A stretch of DNA of 64,000 nt from Candidatus Woesebacteria bacterium. Lineage in GTDB: Bacteria > Patescibacteriota > Microgenomatia > UBA8517. Positions 49,067-58,579 of this stretch are shown here, piece after piece (the first letter of the stretch is position 1; each line of letters starts with the position of its first letter). The DNA lies in NCBI GenBank assembly GCA_016432365.1, contig CP066686.1:192355-256354 (forward strand). Reading direction: 5' to 3'. The notes under the pieces are model-generated. The model saw only the letters and a list, made by a program, of their open reading frames with translations. It was not told where the DNA came from and searched no databases. The position numbers and the translations under genes are program-made.

Positions 49067-49921
49067 TTATCTCCAAATCCTTACTATCTTTAACTCCGCT
49101 GAAACAACAAATGTCGTAACTCCTTCGGGAATGGTATAAAGATCACAAAACTCGTTTGGTACTCCACCAGGCCTTGTTGCAGATGTTTCTGGTCTTAATA
49201 CGCCATTAATTGTGAATCTGGCCATACTAAAAGGAAGATTACTGTTTGTGAATCCAGTAGCGCAAAAATTAACTTGGTTGCCACCCCTAAGTTTTGTAAG
49301 ATCGACATCATTCAATAATACCCAGTCTGTTGAATATGCTTTAATGTTTCGGCACTCGGCAATAAGCTTGAAATCAGTTTTACCTTCACAGTCATGAACC
49401 CATTCATAACTACAGCCACTATTTTTACAATAATCCAACAACTGACAGCGAGTACAGTTATCGTCTGGATCTGGGGGGTCACAGTTCAGATTATCCGCTT
49501 TAGAATTTGGATTTTGATTCTGTCCAGTTAGTAGCACTCCTGTGCCAATTCCGCCGACCAAAAGAAGTAGTCCTAAAATTGTGGCAATAATTTTACCCCC
49601 GCCGAATTTCTTTTTAGGAGAGGATGTTGTCATTGGGGAGAGGCTGCCATCCGGCACCTCCTGTGGTGCGGCGGAGCCAGCCTGTGTGGTATCCGGTGCC
49701 ACACTGGTGGTGGTTGTTGTAGTCGTCGTGGTTATTGGTGGTTCCGGTGGAACGCCAACCGGATCCGCCGGGGTGACGGGTGGAACGTTCTGAATATCCT
49801 GAACATCCTGAAAATCAGGAGGAAGCGGTGGAAGGTCGGCTTGGGGAAAAATAACAGGAGTTGCCCCAGAATCCGTTGGTTGGTTCTGGTTATTCTGATT
49901 TGGATCGTTTTGATTGGGCAT
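49067..49921 (-). CDS. Single-TM protein with Pro-rich N-terminus and Cys-rich extracellular part
   Basis: KKKFGGGK, TM helix, multiple Cys. Confidence 0.65.
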   Translation of the reverse strand: MPNQNDPNQNNQNQPTDSGATPVIFPQADLPPLPPDFQDVQDIQNVPPVTPADPVGVPPEPPITTTTTTTTTSVAPDTTQAGSAAPQEVPDGSLSPMTTSSPKKKFGGGKIIATILGLLLLVGGIGTGVLLTGQNQNPNSKADNLNCDPPDPDDNCTRCQLLDYCKNSGCSYEWVHDCEGKTDFKLIAECRNIKAYSTDWVLLNDVDLTKLRGGNQVNFCATGFTNSNLPFSMARFTINGVLRPETSATRPGGVPNEFCDLYTIPEGVTTFVVSAELKIVRIWR

Positions 49922-49989
49922 GTTTTTGAAAAACAAATGACGATGTCAAACGACATCTATACTCAGAATAGAGAAAAGACTAGTTATAG

Positions 49990-50736
49990 TCAAGGAGATC
50001 GGCTAAATGTGTCGGAAATCGTGATTTTTCCTGTGCTTCCGTCAATTAATATATTTGTTCCGTCAGATATTTTTAATTTAGGCGAGACTATTGCAGGAAT
50101 ATTAAATTCGCGGGCTAAAATCGCTCCGTGGGAGGTTACTCCACCGTTTAACAATATAATACCAATACATTTTGAAAATTGTCTGGTATATTTAGTTCCG
50201 GCTGTCGGAAAAATCCCGATGCAATTTTTTGGAATTGTCTGCCTTTCGGAAGTAATATTTAGCGCTTTTCCTTTAACAACACCATCTGATACTCCGAATG
50301 TTTTGACCGTTTTTATAACCTGATCATTTTGCGCATCTTTTTTATTAGACCCGGTTATCATTTTTTTTACAGCTAGCCTGTATTTTCTAAGTTCTATCAG
50401 AGTATTAATGAGGTTGTTATTAGTCTTGGTGCCACGGTCTACCTTTTTATTAATGGAAATTATTTCCTGATTCGATTTGCCATAGGCCAAATACTTGGCA
50501 TAGAACTCGTTTAAATAACCAATCGCGATCGCCCGTGGATAGACCGTATTTATCAAATATTCTTGGTCTTTCGATGCTTTAATCTCAGAGACAAGTTTGT
50601 GAGCAAACTTAACATTTTTTTGAGGATTAACAACCCATTTAACAAAAAGATAGGTAGTTTTGATGATGTTTGTGGTTCCGAGCAGCTTCATTGCTAAGTC
50701 GTAGCTTGTTTTGTTTTCTATCAAAATGGATTTCAT
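49990..50736 (-). CDS. Protein with PEP-utilizing enzyme mobile (phosphohistidine) domain
   Basis: GGVTSHGAILAREFNIPAIV and IDGSTG motifs. Confidence 0.8.
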   Translation of the reverse strand: MKSILIENKTSYDLAMKLLGTTNIIKTTYLFVKWVVNPQKNVKFAHKLVSEIKASKDQEYLINTVYPRAIAIGYLNEFYAKYLAYGKSNQEIISINKKVDRGTKTNNNLINTLIELRKYRLAVKKMITGSNKKDAQNDQVIKTVKTFGVSDGVVKGKALNITSERQTIPKNCIGIFPTAGTKYTRQFSKCIGIILLNGGVTSHGAILAREFNIPAIVSPKLKISDGTNILIDGSTGKITISDTFSRSP

Positions 50737-50756
50737 TGGCGAGTATAATTAATTAT

Positions 50757-51050
50757 ATGATATTCGCAGCATCGCTTTTATTATTTTTGGTAATTTTTAC
50801 ACTTTCTGTAACAGATGCCAAAGCCATAGTTGTTCTTATCCCCGTAGTTCTAATTCCGATCGTAAATGTAGTTGTTTGGGTTATTGGAGCGATTGCAACA
50901 CCAGTTGTGGGACTCACAGCTTTGTACTTCAAAATTAAGAAGAAATCGCCGGTGATTGGTATATTACTCGGAGTGGTTCTGCTTTTACTACTAGGGTTAA
51001 TAATTACAATTGTATTTAAGATAATTAACCCCGAAAGGCCAATCTATTGA
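50757..51050 (+). CDS. Small membrane protein
   Basis: Hydrophobic ORF with TATAAT 7 nt before the ATG. Confidence 0.55.
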   Translation: MIFAASLLLFLVIFTLSVTDAKAIVVLIPVVLIPIVNVVVWVIGAIATPVVGLTALYFKIKKKSPVIGILLGVVLLLLLGLIITIVFKIINPERPIY

Positions 51051-52021
51051 TACAACTGTTCGTAGATTCCGAATCCGTTTATTCGTTTTCCATTTTCTGT
51101 AACAACTTCACCTTCGACCTGTCCGGTAGTCCAAGCATAGGGGGAAAAGGACACATTCTTATCGATCTCGTTTAAAAAGCTTACATTGATATTTTTGTTG
51201 ATATTGGCAGGGATTTTGATCTTATATCCGGTGGTTAAGACTTTTTGAATATCAAAAGCAAAAGATTTTTGGATTCGGCCATAATTATCTTTATAGATCG
51301 CAATGGAGTGTGATTTATATTCACCTTTATAGTTGTTATCAACGGATGTCTTGTCTACATGATAAAAATTTCCGTCTGTGTCCCAAAAAGCAACCCAATC
51401 GCTGTTTATTCCTACCGGGTTGTTTACAACGATAGAACTAATAGAAGTGGCATAAGCATAGGTTCTGCTATAAAGGACATGGCTATCATATGACTTTCCG
51501 TTTAAGATTATCTGACCGGAAGTTTCAGATCTGAACTGAGTATATTCGGGGAGGCTTCTAATCCCCAGTTCATTATTAAATTCCGGTACATTAAATTCGA
51601 CCTTGTTACTGCCAATTTGCACTTCTCCTGAGACACTTTGTTTTAAAACGCGGGTTGGATCAACGACAACGTTCCATTTTGGTATTATCGGACTGCTTAC
51701 AATGTCAGAATCAACAGAGATAGTATTTGAGATGTCGCTTTGCCATGTTTTACCGTCGAAAAAAAATGCCTTCTGTCGTTGTGAGTATGACGAACTCGTT
51801 TTAAAAGTCCTGGATGCATAAGCAATTAAAGTATAGTGGGGTGCGTCTTTTGAAATAAGAATTATTTCATCACTAAAATAAGGCTTTAAATTTGACTGGC
51901 TTGTTTCTGTTTCTACATCAGATTTTATGAATAAATCTTTCAAAAAATATCCTGAATAAAACGAGGCAAGAACACTTAACACGAAGATGGCGACAACGAA
52001 AACATACTGTTTAGTAGTCAT
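51044..52021 (-). CDS. Membrane-anchored beta-rich hypothetical protein
   Basis: N-terminal TM; C-terminal G.G.YE ending. Confidence 0.6.
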   Translation of the reverse strand: MTTKQYVFVVAIFVLSVLASFYSGYFLKDLFIKSDVETETSQSNLKPYFSDEIILISKDAPHYTLIAYASRTFKTSSSYSQRQKAFFFDGKTWQSDISNTISVDSDIVSSPIIPKWNVVVDPTRVLKQSVSGEVQIGSNKVEFNVPEFNNELGIRSLPEYTQFRSETSGQIILNGKSYDSHVLYSRTYAYATSISSIVVNNPVGINSDWVAFWDTDGNFYHVDKTSVDNNYKGEYKSHSIAIYKDNYGRIQKSFAFDIQKVLTTGYKIKIPANINKNINVSFLNEIDKNVSFSPYAWTTGQVEGEVVTENGKRINGFGIYEQLYQ

Positions 52022-52024
52022 AGC

Positions 52025-53320
52025 TTAATTTTCAGATGCCTTCCAGATAAAAGTGCCAAAACTCAAAATTGCTATGCCTATCGCAAACAATATAAGAGTG
52101 GGAACCGTTTCACCTGTAACCGGAATGGGTTTAGGGGAAGCTGTAGGTGATGCGCTAGCGGTTGCCCCGGGGGTCGGGGATGGGAATATTCCTGAATTAG
52201 ATGCGGTGAAAGCCGGGTTCTCGCTAGCCTGAACAATAAAGTTTCTGGTAAGAGTTCTGGTTATTCCGTTTGAATCAATCCAGGAAATGGTAATTGAATG
52301 AGCACCAGCTGCTAAATCGACCGGAGCACTAAAGGTCCAAGTGCCGTCTTTGGCGATAAACATATCTTGTGTAACGGGATCGGATTGAATTGTGATGGTA
52401 ATTTTTTCCCCTCCCGGGCCTCGGCCAAAAAATTCCGGCCGGGAACTGGTTACAATTTCTCCTTCACTCAAGCTTTCCAGTATTACACTGGTTGGAGTCG
52501 GAGATCCCGTTGCAACAGGAATAGAAAATTTCGACTCCTTTACTGTATTCTCAGGGAGACTCAAATTGGCATTTGGAATCTGACCGCTTTGGGATGGAGG
52601 AAGACCTCTTAAATCGTAGACTTGTCCCAAAACCATTGGTGGGACCGGGTTGGCGGACTGTGGAAAAATTTGAGCGGAGCTTACCCCATCTGCTCCTGCT
52701 TGAATTGAGATTGAAAGTAAAGTTTGAGCCTTGTCTATTTGCGCATAGCTCGTTAAGTCTTGAGTTCTTACAGATCCCAATTGAAAAACAAAGTTTCCCG
52801 TATCAGACGTGAGAGTGGAAAGAAGGTATCCGCCAACTTCTATATAGGCGAGCACTCCTTTTTCAGGGACTCCCGAGGCATTTATGACGGAACCGGAAAC
52901 AAGTAGATTATTTTGGCTGATTCCCAGGTCCGGGCCTGTAGAAAATTCCCACGGGATTCCACCGTTATCAAACATTGTTCCATCCGAATTTATTTTGTAG
53001 AAATATTTTGTACCGGCTTTAAGTCCGGTAAGAGTTATGGCGTGAATCGAAAGTTTTGCATTATTTTCCCCATCGGTTTTGTTTAATGATGATTTGGATT
53101 CCCCCCAAGAAATAAAACTCAAAGTTTCTTTATCGGTGACCCATGAGATTGTGGCGGAGGTGTCGCTGATATTACTTATGCGGATGTCTTTTGGAGCAAT
53201 GGAGCTGTCTGCTCCAATCCTAAAAACTTGATTCATGCCCAAAAAGAAAACTCCGGCAAAAATTCCTACAAGAAGTATAACTATTCCTAGGATTGTTGGT
53301 ATTTTATTTTTTTTGATCAT
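52025..53320 (-). CDS. Fibronectin-III/Ig-like domain surface protein with IPVTG+TM tail
   Basis: ISNISDTSATISW.T, L.AGTKY.YKI, DG.W.F...L..G.H.I and IPVTG motifs. Confidence 0.75.
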   Translation of the reverse strand: MIKKNKIPTILGIVILLVGIFAGVFFLGMNQVFRIGADSSIAPKDIRISNISDTSATISWVTDKETLSFISWGESKSSLNKTDGENNAKLSIHAITLTGLKAGTKYFYKINSDGTMFDNGGIPWEFSTGPDLGISQNNLLVSGSVINASGVPEKGVLAYIEVGGYLLSTLTSDTGNFVFQLGSVRTQDLTSYAQIDKAQTLLSISIQAGADGVSSAQIFPQSANPVPPMVLGQVYDLRGLPPSQSGQIPNANLSLPENTVKESKFSIPVATGSPTPTSVILESLSEGEIVTSSRPEFFGRGPGGEKITITIQSDPVTQDMFIAKDGTWTFSAPVDLAAGAHSITISWIDSNGITRTLTRNFIVQASENPAFTASNSGIFPSPTPGATASASPTASPKPIPVTGETVPTLILFAIGIAILSFGTFIWKASEN

Positions 53321-53329
53321 TTTTGAAAA

Positions 53330-53680
53330 TTAAGGCGATGGCGACGCAGACGGCGACGAGATTGGCTCTTGTGAGAGGTTCGGAGTGGGAGTGGGATTGG
53401 ATGTGGATGTGCCGGTCGGTTGGGAAGGCGTAGTCGCGGAAAGTTTGGCGGTAACCACGTTATCCGGGATTTGAGAATCGTCAAGAAAAATACGGGATTC
53501 TATTTGTTTTAGAGTATCGATATCTAATGTTGGTGTAAGGGGTTCAGACACTTCTTTTGGAACCACGGCGGGAGGCTTCGACGTCAATGCCCCGTAAATA
53601 GTTAGAGATATCCACATAATAACTGTAATTAATGTAAGTATAAGTATTATTACAACATTTGGTATCTTTTGAACTTTCAT
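53330..53680 (-). CDS. Single-TM hypothetical protein (pil operon)
   Basis: N-terminal TM, PL.P.LD motif, P/S/T tail. Confidence 0.6.
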   Translation of the reverse strand: MKVQKIPNVVIILILTLITVIMWISLTIYGALTSKPPAVVPKEVSEPLTPTLDIDTLKQIESRIFLDDSQIPDNVVTAKLSATTPSQPTGTSTSNPTPTPNLSQEPISSPSASPSP

Positions 53681-53681
53681 A

Positions 53682-54335
53682 TTAATTTTTTAGAAACGGA
53701 ACCCTGCCGGCAATTATTGCAACTATAACTTGTCCGGAATCGGTTTGGGAAGCATTAATTCCCAAACTGTCAATCTTAATTGTTACCCTCAGATTCTCAA
53801 GATCTTTTATGAAAGACTCTATATTTGGATAAGCCCCTTTAATACTTAAAGAGATTTGCATCTCGCCAGGATTGCCCGGGATTGGTTTGTAATCGGAACT
53901 CTTCTTTGCGGACGGGTTGGCTCCGACCAGCACTGTCTGGCCGATGGAAAATCCTAAAATAGAGACAGCGTCTTTTACGGCAAGTCCCTGGATTTGTTTT
54001 GAGATGATGTCTACATTGGCTTGAGATGATATTGCAATGTCGACATCCCTCGTGGCGGCCTCGTTTTGCGTTAGAACGTTCTCGGCAGTTTGCAGGTTTT
54101 TTATTTTAAGGTTCAAACCGGCGAGGGTGGTCTTTTTTTCCTGGATTTGTTGAACCAAACTTATAATTGTTAGTACTGTGGGCTTGAGAGCAAATGAAAG
54201 AAAAATTGTAATGGTTGTAAGAGAAAGTATGATTTCGAGAAACGCGCGAAGTTCGGCCCTTTTTTTATAAAGAGCCATAATATTTAAAAAATATTCTCTA
54301 TATCGTAAGTATGATCCTCTCCAACCAAGTGCCAT
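53682..54335 (-). CDS. pilO: Type IV pilus assembly protein PilO-like
   Basis: TM, coiled coil and G.Y.....FI.DLE.LR motif; adjacent to pilN. Confidence 0.7.
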   Translation of the reverse strand: MALGWRGSYLRYREYFLNIMALYKKRAELRAFLEIILSLTTITIFLSFALKPTVLTIISLVQQIQEKKTTLAGLNLKIKNLQTAENVLTQNEAATRDVDIAISSQANVDIISKQIQGLAVKDAVSILGFSIGQTVLVGANPSAKKSSDYKPIPGNPGEMQISLSIKGAYPNIESFIKDLENLRVTIKIDSLGINASQTDSGQVIVAIIAGRVPFLKN

Positions 54336-54341
54336 GTTTTT

Positions 54342-54875
54342 TTAGAATAAAATTTTTATTATGAAAATCGTCGATCCGGGTCTGTCTTCAGATGAATTGA
54401 TTGAGCTGAGTTCCACTTTTTTGAAAGAGGGAATGTTTCCCAGATTGCTTGCAAACTGAGCAATTGCAAGTTCGGAGGACGCAATTCCTTTTACTGCCAT
54501 GCTATTTTCTTGAACGGATACAGAAGAAAGGGTCACATCGGTTGGGGTCACCGACGCCACAGTTCCCGCTCTATCGCTGGGTTTTACTACTGAGGAAAGT
54601 GCTTTGAAAATACTTAGTTTGGCTTGGATTCCTCTGAAACGTTTTTCCAATTCTTCCTGGGCGGATATTTGGGCGCTACGAATCTTCACTGAGTCGGTTA
54701 AATCTGAATTTTGTGCATCCAGCCAAAAGCGCGAAAGAAATGCGGCCATAACTACCATCTCTGTTATTATGACAATTATTCTAAAAGTGCCGGTTGCCCA
54801 CCTTAATACACGACCAATAGTGGAAGCTTCAAATTCTTCTTGAGGTAATAAATTGATTGATTTATTTTTGGGCAT
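54342..54875 (-). CDS. pilN: Type IV pilus assembly protein PilN-like
   Basis: INLLP N-terminal motif, TM, G.A....IA.F..NL.....F..V.L. Confidence 0.75.
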   Translation of the reverse strand: MPKNKSINLLPQEEFEASTIGRVLRWATGTFRIIVIITEMVVMAAFLSRFWLDAQNSDLTDSVKIRSAQISAQEELEKRFRGIQAKLSIFKALSSVVKPSDRAGTVASVTPTDVTLSSVSVQENSMAVKGIASSELAIAQFASNLGNIPSFKKVELSSINSSEDRPGSTIFIIKILF

Positions 54876-54909
54876 GACAACAAGATCTACTTGTATTCAA
54901 TATAGCATA

Positions 54910-54997
54910 TAAGCAAACCTTGGCCAACTAATATTTCAGTGGTAAGCATAGCTTGCATTTCGATGACTCAAAGTAAGCAAAGCTTGGCCAACTAATA
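54910..54997. repeat. 24-bp direct repeat pair with an intervening partial third copy
   Basis: taagcaaa[c/g]cttggccaactaata at 54910 and 54974; taagcatagcttg at 54943. Confidence 0.75.
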
Positions 54998-55049
54998 AAA
55001 GTTGGTGAAAAGAAGCGAAAGAAGATGTTAAATTTTTAAAACAAAAAAA

Positions 55050-55343
55050 TTATGACTTCTTTTTTGGAGTTTTTGAAGATTTTGGCTTAATTTCTTTCTT
55101 TTCCGTTTTCTTGACCAAAAGTTTTGCCATTTGTGATTTTATTCTTGCGGCCTTATTTTTGTGGATGACCTTTTTCTTGGCGGCTCTATCTGCAAGTGAA
55201 ATAGCCACTGTGATTTTTCCGGTAGTTTTGTCTTTTTTGGCAATTCTGATAGCCGCCTCAAGCTTGCTGATAATAAGCTTGTTTACTGATTCTTTGACTT
55301 TGCTGCCCCTAAGGGCTCTTTTGGCTGTTTTTGTTACTGGCAT
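55050..55343 (-). CDS. rpsT: 30S ribosomal protein S20
   Basis: MPVTKTAKRALR and DRAAKKKVIHKNKAARIKS motifs. Confidence 0.92.
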   Translation of the reverse strand: MPVTKTAKRALRGSKVKESVNKLIISKLEAAIRIAKKDKTTGKITVAISLADRAAKKKVIHKNKAARIKSQMAKLLVKKTEKKEIKPKSSKTPKKKS

Positions 55344-55414
55344 ATATATTGAAATCAAACCCCTGATTTCACGATTGTTAGTATACGATAAAGAGGCTAG
55401 AATATCAACCAGAT

Positions 55415-57115
55415 ATGAATGATTTGATCGCCAGGGGCAAAAAACTTCTGAATTCTCAGCAAAATACAGTTCTTTCAGCGGCTAGCCTTATCATGATAAT
55501 GATTGTTGCCAGCAGGATCCTGGGTTTAGTCAGACAAAGAGTGTTAGCCAATTATTTTGCTCCAAGCGAACTTTCGCTCTTCTTTGCCGCTTTTAGGCTT
55601 CCGGATGCAATTTTTGAGGTTTTGGTTTTTGGAACATTTTCTTCTGCTTTTATTCCGGTTTTTACAAAAGCTTTAAGAAAAGGTAAAAAAAGAGCCTGGG
55701 AAATCGCCGGACGGGTGGTCACGATAGGTCTTTTGGCGTTTGGGTTTGCCGCAATATTGCTAGCTATTTGGGCGCCACAAATTTACTCTGTCATAGCTCC
55801 GGGTTATAAAGATGGGGAAACTGCTCAAATTGCAAATCTTGCCAGAATTCTTTTTGCGGCCCAAGGATTTTTTGTTGTAAGTTATGTTTTAACAGGAGTT
55901 TTGGAAAGTCTGAGAAGATTTTTAGTACCTGCACTTGCTCCTCTTTTTTACAATGTCGGCATAATTTTGGGGACGGTATTTCTTACGCGTCATTTGGGGC
56001 TAATGGCTCCGGCGGTAGGGGTTGTAATCGGAGCCTTTGCCCACTTTATGGTCCAGTTCCCACTATCCCGAAAACTCGGTTTCCGGTTTGTCTGGGATTT
56101 TAAACCTGACAGTGGAGTTAAAAAGGTTGGAACATTGGCCCTTCCCCGTGTAATAGATCTAACTTTTGACCAGATGGGTAAAACTACCGAGCTTTTTCTT
56201 TCGTCCATTATTTCCCAAGCTTCTTATACATATTACATATTTGCTAATACCTTGCAGCTCCTGCCGGTGACTCTTTTTGGAACATCGCTTGCAAAGGCTG
56301 TTTTGCCACTTTTGTCTCGCGCTGACGGTGATAAAAAAGAATATAGAAGAATTCTTCTGACTGCAATCTTTCAGGCGATATTTTTTACCTTACCGCTTTC
56401 TGCGGCTCTCATAGTTCTGAGAATTCCAATCGTCCGTCTCGTCTATGGAACAAAAATATTTGATTGGGAAGCCACTGTTCAGACAGGAATGGTCTTGTCG
56501 GTTTATGCAATAGGAGTCGTTTCGCAAACATTAATGTCAATTCTGGCACGTGCCTTTTTTGCTCTCCACGACACTCGTACTCCGGTTAAGATTTCTTTTA
56601 TCGGTCTCACTCTATTGATTAGCGGTGACTTTCTTTTGGTGAAAGGCCTTGGACTTCCTGTCTGGGCGCTTGCCGCATCTTTTTCATTTAGTACTATAGT
56701 TGAGGCAATAATTTTATCCATTCTTCTTCACAAGAAAGTGGGTGAACTGATTGGGCTAAAATTTTTTTGGCATATTGCTAAGATTTTCGTAGCTACGATA
56801 ATCTCAGGATTTTCGATGTTTTTCCTAATCAAATTTTTTGACAGGTGGTATTGGTTGAAACAGGCGACCTCGATCCCGTTTGAGAAATTTGTTCTGGATA
56901 CCCGTTACGCAGGAAACTTATTGATTTTAACAGTTGTCACTTTTTTAATCGGTATGGCAATCTATATCCTTGTCTCACTTATCCTGAGAGTGGCCGAAGC
57001 AAGCTACTTCATAACTATTGTAAAGAGATTGGTAACTAAAAAAACACTTCCGCGCATTTCCGACAAAGAGCAGGAGCCTGTGAGTCCCACAACTACCGAT
57101 ACTCAGGAACAATAA
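55415..57115 (+). CDS. murJ: Lipid II flippase MurJ
   Basis: SRILGLVR, AFRLPD, SAFIPVF and RAFFALHDTRTP motifs. Confidence 0.92.
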   Translation: MNDLIARGKKLLNSQQNTVLSAASLIMIMIVASRILGLVRQRVLANYFAPSELSLFFAAFRLPDAIFEVLVFGTFSSAFIPVFTKALRKGKKRAWEIAGRVVTIGLLAFGFAAILLAIWAPQIYSVIAPGYKDGETAQIANLARILFAAQGFFVVSYVLTGVLESLRRFLVPALAPLFYNVGIILGTVFLTRHLGLMAPAVGVVIGAFAHFMVQFPLSRKLGFRFVWDFKPDSGVKKVGTLALPRVIDLTFDQMGKTTELFLSSIISQASYTYYIFANTLQLLPVTLFGTSLAKAVLPLLSRADGDKKEYRRILLTAIFQAIFFTLPLSAALIVLRIPIVRLVYGTKIFDWEATVQTGMVLSVYAIGVVSQTLMSILARAFFALHDTRTPVKISFIGLTLLISGDFLLVKGLGLPVWALAASFSFSTIVEAIILSILLHKKVGELIGLKFFWHIAKIFVATIISGFSMFFLIKFFDRWYWLKQATSIPFEKFVLDTRYAGNLLILTVVTFLIGMAIYILVSLILRVAEASYFITIVKRLVTKKTLPRISDKEQEPVSPTTTDTQEQ

Positions 57116-57171
57116 CCCCTTGACCCCACTTCGCCAAGGCTTCGCGGGGTCGGCGGGCCGTCAAACGGCTC

Positions 57172-57208
57172 TTGACATCCGTTAGCACTCGAGGTAAGAT
57201 ACTGCTAA
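57172..57208 (+). promoter_or_regulatory. Sigma70 promoter overlapped by CIRCE operator of the hrcA operon
   Basis: TTGACA(57172)-17 bp-TAAGAT(57195); TTAGCACTC-N9-TACTGCTAA at 57182-57208. Confidence 0.88.
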
Positions 57209-57210
57209 AG

Positions 57211-57287
57211 TAGAGTAAAAGAGTGAAAGAGTCTAAGAGTTTAAGTTTCAAACTCCGGCTCTCCAGCTCTCCTGCTCTTCAACTCTA
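57211..57287. repeat. Inverted 8-mer tracts forming the hrcA 5' leader hairpin
   Basis: (aagagtnn)x4 followed by (gctctcnn)x4. Confidence 0.75.
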
Positions 57288-57290
57288 AAA

Positions 57291-58022
57291 ATGGATTCAC
57301 TTACTTCCCGTCAAACTCAAATATTAAAGACGATTATCGATGAATATATCGAAACCGCCGAACCTGTGGGAAGCGATGCTTTGGACAAAAAATACAATCT
57401 TGGCGTTTCTCCGGCAACGATCAGAAACGAAATGGTTGCACTTACGAAGTCTGGATATCTCCGCCAACCCCACACCTCTGCAGGAAGAATTCCTTCTCCG
57501 CTTGCGATGAAATTTTACATCAATCAACTTATGGAAGAAAAACAAATGAGCTTGGTCGACGAAGTTAAAGCTAAAGAGGAAGTTTGGGATTCCCGTGATG
57601 ATATTGATGAACTCATGGACGAGGCAACTCATGCATTAGCCTCCCGAACACGTTCCTTGGCTGTGGCAGCGCTTAAAGACAAGAAGGATCGATTTTGGCA
57701 GGCCGGTCATTCTTATGTTTTTAATAATCCTGAGTTTGCCGAAATGGCGGCTTGTCAGAATCTATTTTCAATTTTTGACGAGTTTGATAAACTGGACAGA
57801 CTTTTCTTTGGATTTCAGTCTACCTCGCCCTTGGAAGTTTTATTTGGTGAAGAATTGGGAATGCCGGAGCTTGCTACCTCGGGTATAATTTCGACACATT
57901 TCAATATAAAAGGAAAGCCCGGAGCGCTCGGTGTAATTGGCCCCGCCAGAGCAGACTATGCATCGGTTATTCCGATTTTAAGATATTTTGGTAATTTAAT
58001 TGAGGATGTAGCGAACCAATGA
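57291..58022 (+). CDS. hrcA: Heat-inducible transcription repressor HrcA (short form)
   Basis: YIETAEPVGS, SPATIRNEM, QPHTSAGRIPS and GVIGP.R.DY motifs. Confidence 0.93.
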   Translation: MDSLTSRQTQILKTIIDEYIETAEPVGSDALDKKYNLGVSPATIRNEMVALTKSGYLRQPHTSAGRIPSPLAMKFYINQLMEEKQMSLVDEVKAKEEVWDSRDDIDELMDEATHALASRTRSLAVAALKDKKDRFWQAGHSYVFNNPEFAEMAACQNLFSIFDEFDKLDRLFFGFQSTSPLEVLFGEELGMPELATSGIISTHFNIKGKPGALGVIGPARADYASVIPILRYFGNLIEDVANQ

Positions 58023-58501
58023 TGAAAATCAAAAAGACTGCATCATCTGATGCGCAAAAATCAAAAGTCAAAAGTGAAGACAAAATACACGAAGAAATTG
58101 AGGTTATGAAAGGGATGTTGGCAAGGACTTTGGCGGATTATGATAATTTAAAAAGAAGAACCGAAGAAGAGAAAATTTCATGGACGAAGTTTTCGTCTCT
58201 CAGTATAATTTCAAGGTTGTTGCCAATATTAGATATGTTGGAGAAAGGTCAGGAACATCTTAAAGATTCGGGTCTTGCAATTGCAATTTTAGAATTCAAA
58301 AAAGTTTTTATTGAAGAAGGACTAGAGGAAGTGAATCCCAAAATCGGAAGCGAGTTTGATGAAAACACACAAGAAGTTGTTGAAGTTGTTGACGGAAAAG
58401 TGGATAATATGATCTCAGAAGTGGTCGTAACCGGTTGGAAGTTTAAAGACGGTAATGTTGTAAGACATGCTAAGGTGAAAGTAACGAAAGTTAATAATTA
58501 A
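58019..58501 (+). CDS. grpE: Nucleotide exchange factor GrpE
   Basis: ADYDNLKRR, LLPILD and G......VVR.AKV.V motifs; operon context. Confidence 0.9.
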   Translation: MMKIKKTASSDAQKSKVKSEDKIHEEIEVMKGMLARTLADYDNLKRRTEEEKISWTKFSSLSIISRLLPILDMLEKGQEHLKDSGLAIAILEFKKVFIEEGLEEVNPKIGSEFDENTQEVVEVVDGKVDNMISEVVVTGWKFKDGNVVRHAKVKVTKVNN

Positions 58502-58579
58502 TATATATAAAATTCTGTCAGGAGTTTAAGCGATTCGAAGAATCTCCAAGGATGAATTTTATATAACATTATAAATATT

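Noticed and set aside
54910-54997. CRISPR array (24-bp repeats, 40-bp spacer)
   Set aside because: Only two full repeats, the spacer itself contains a partial repeat, and there are no cas genes in the window.
58510-58560. Degenerate REP-like remnant between grpE and dnaK (gcgattcgaagaatctc)
   Set aside because: Single weak copy with no second instance in the window.
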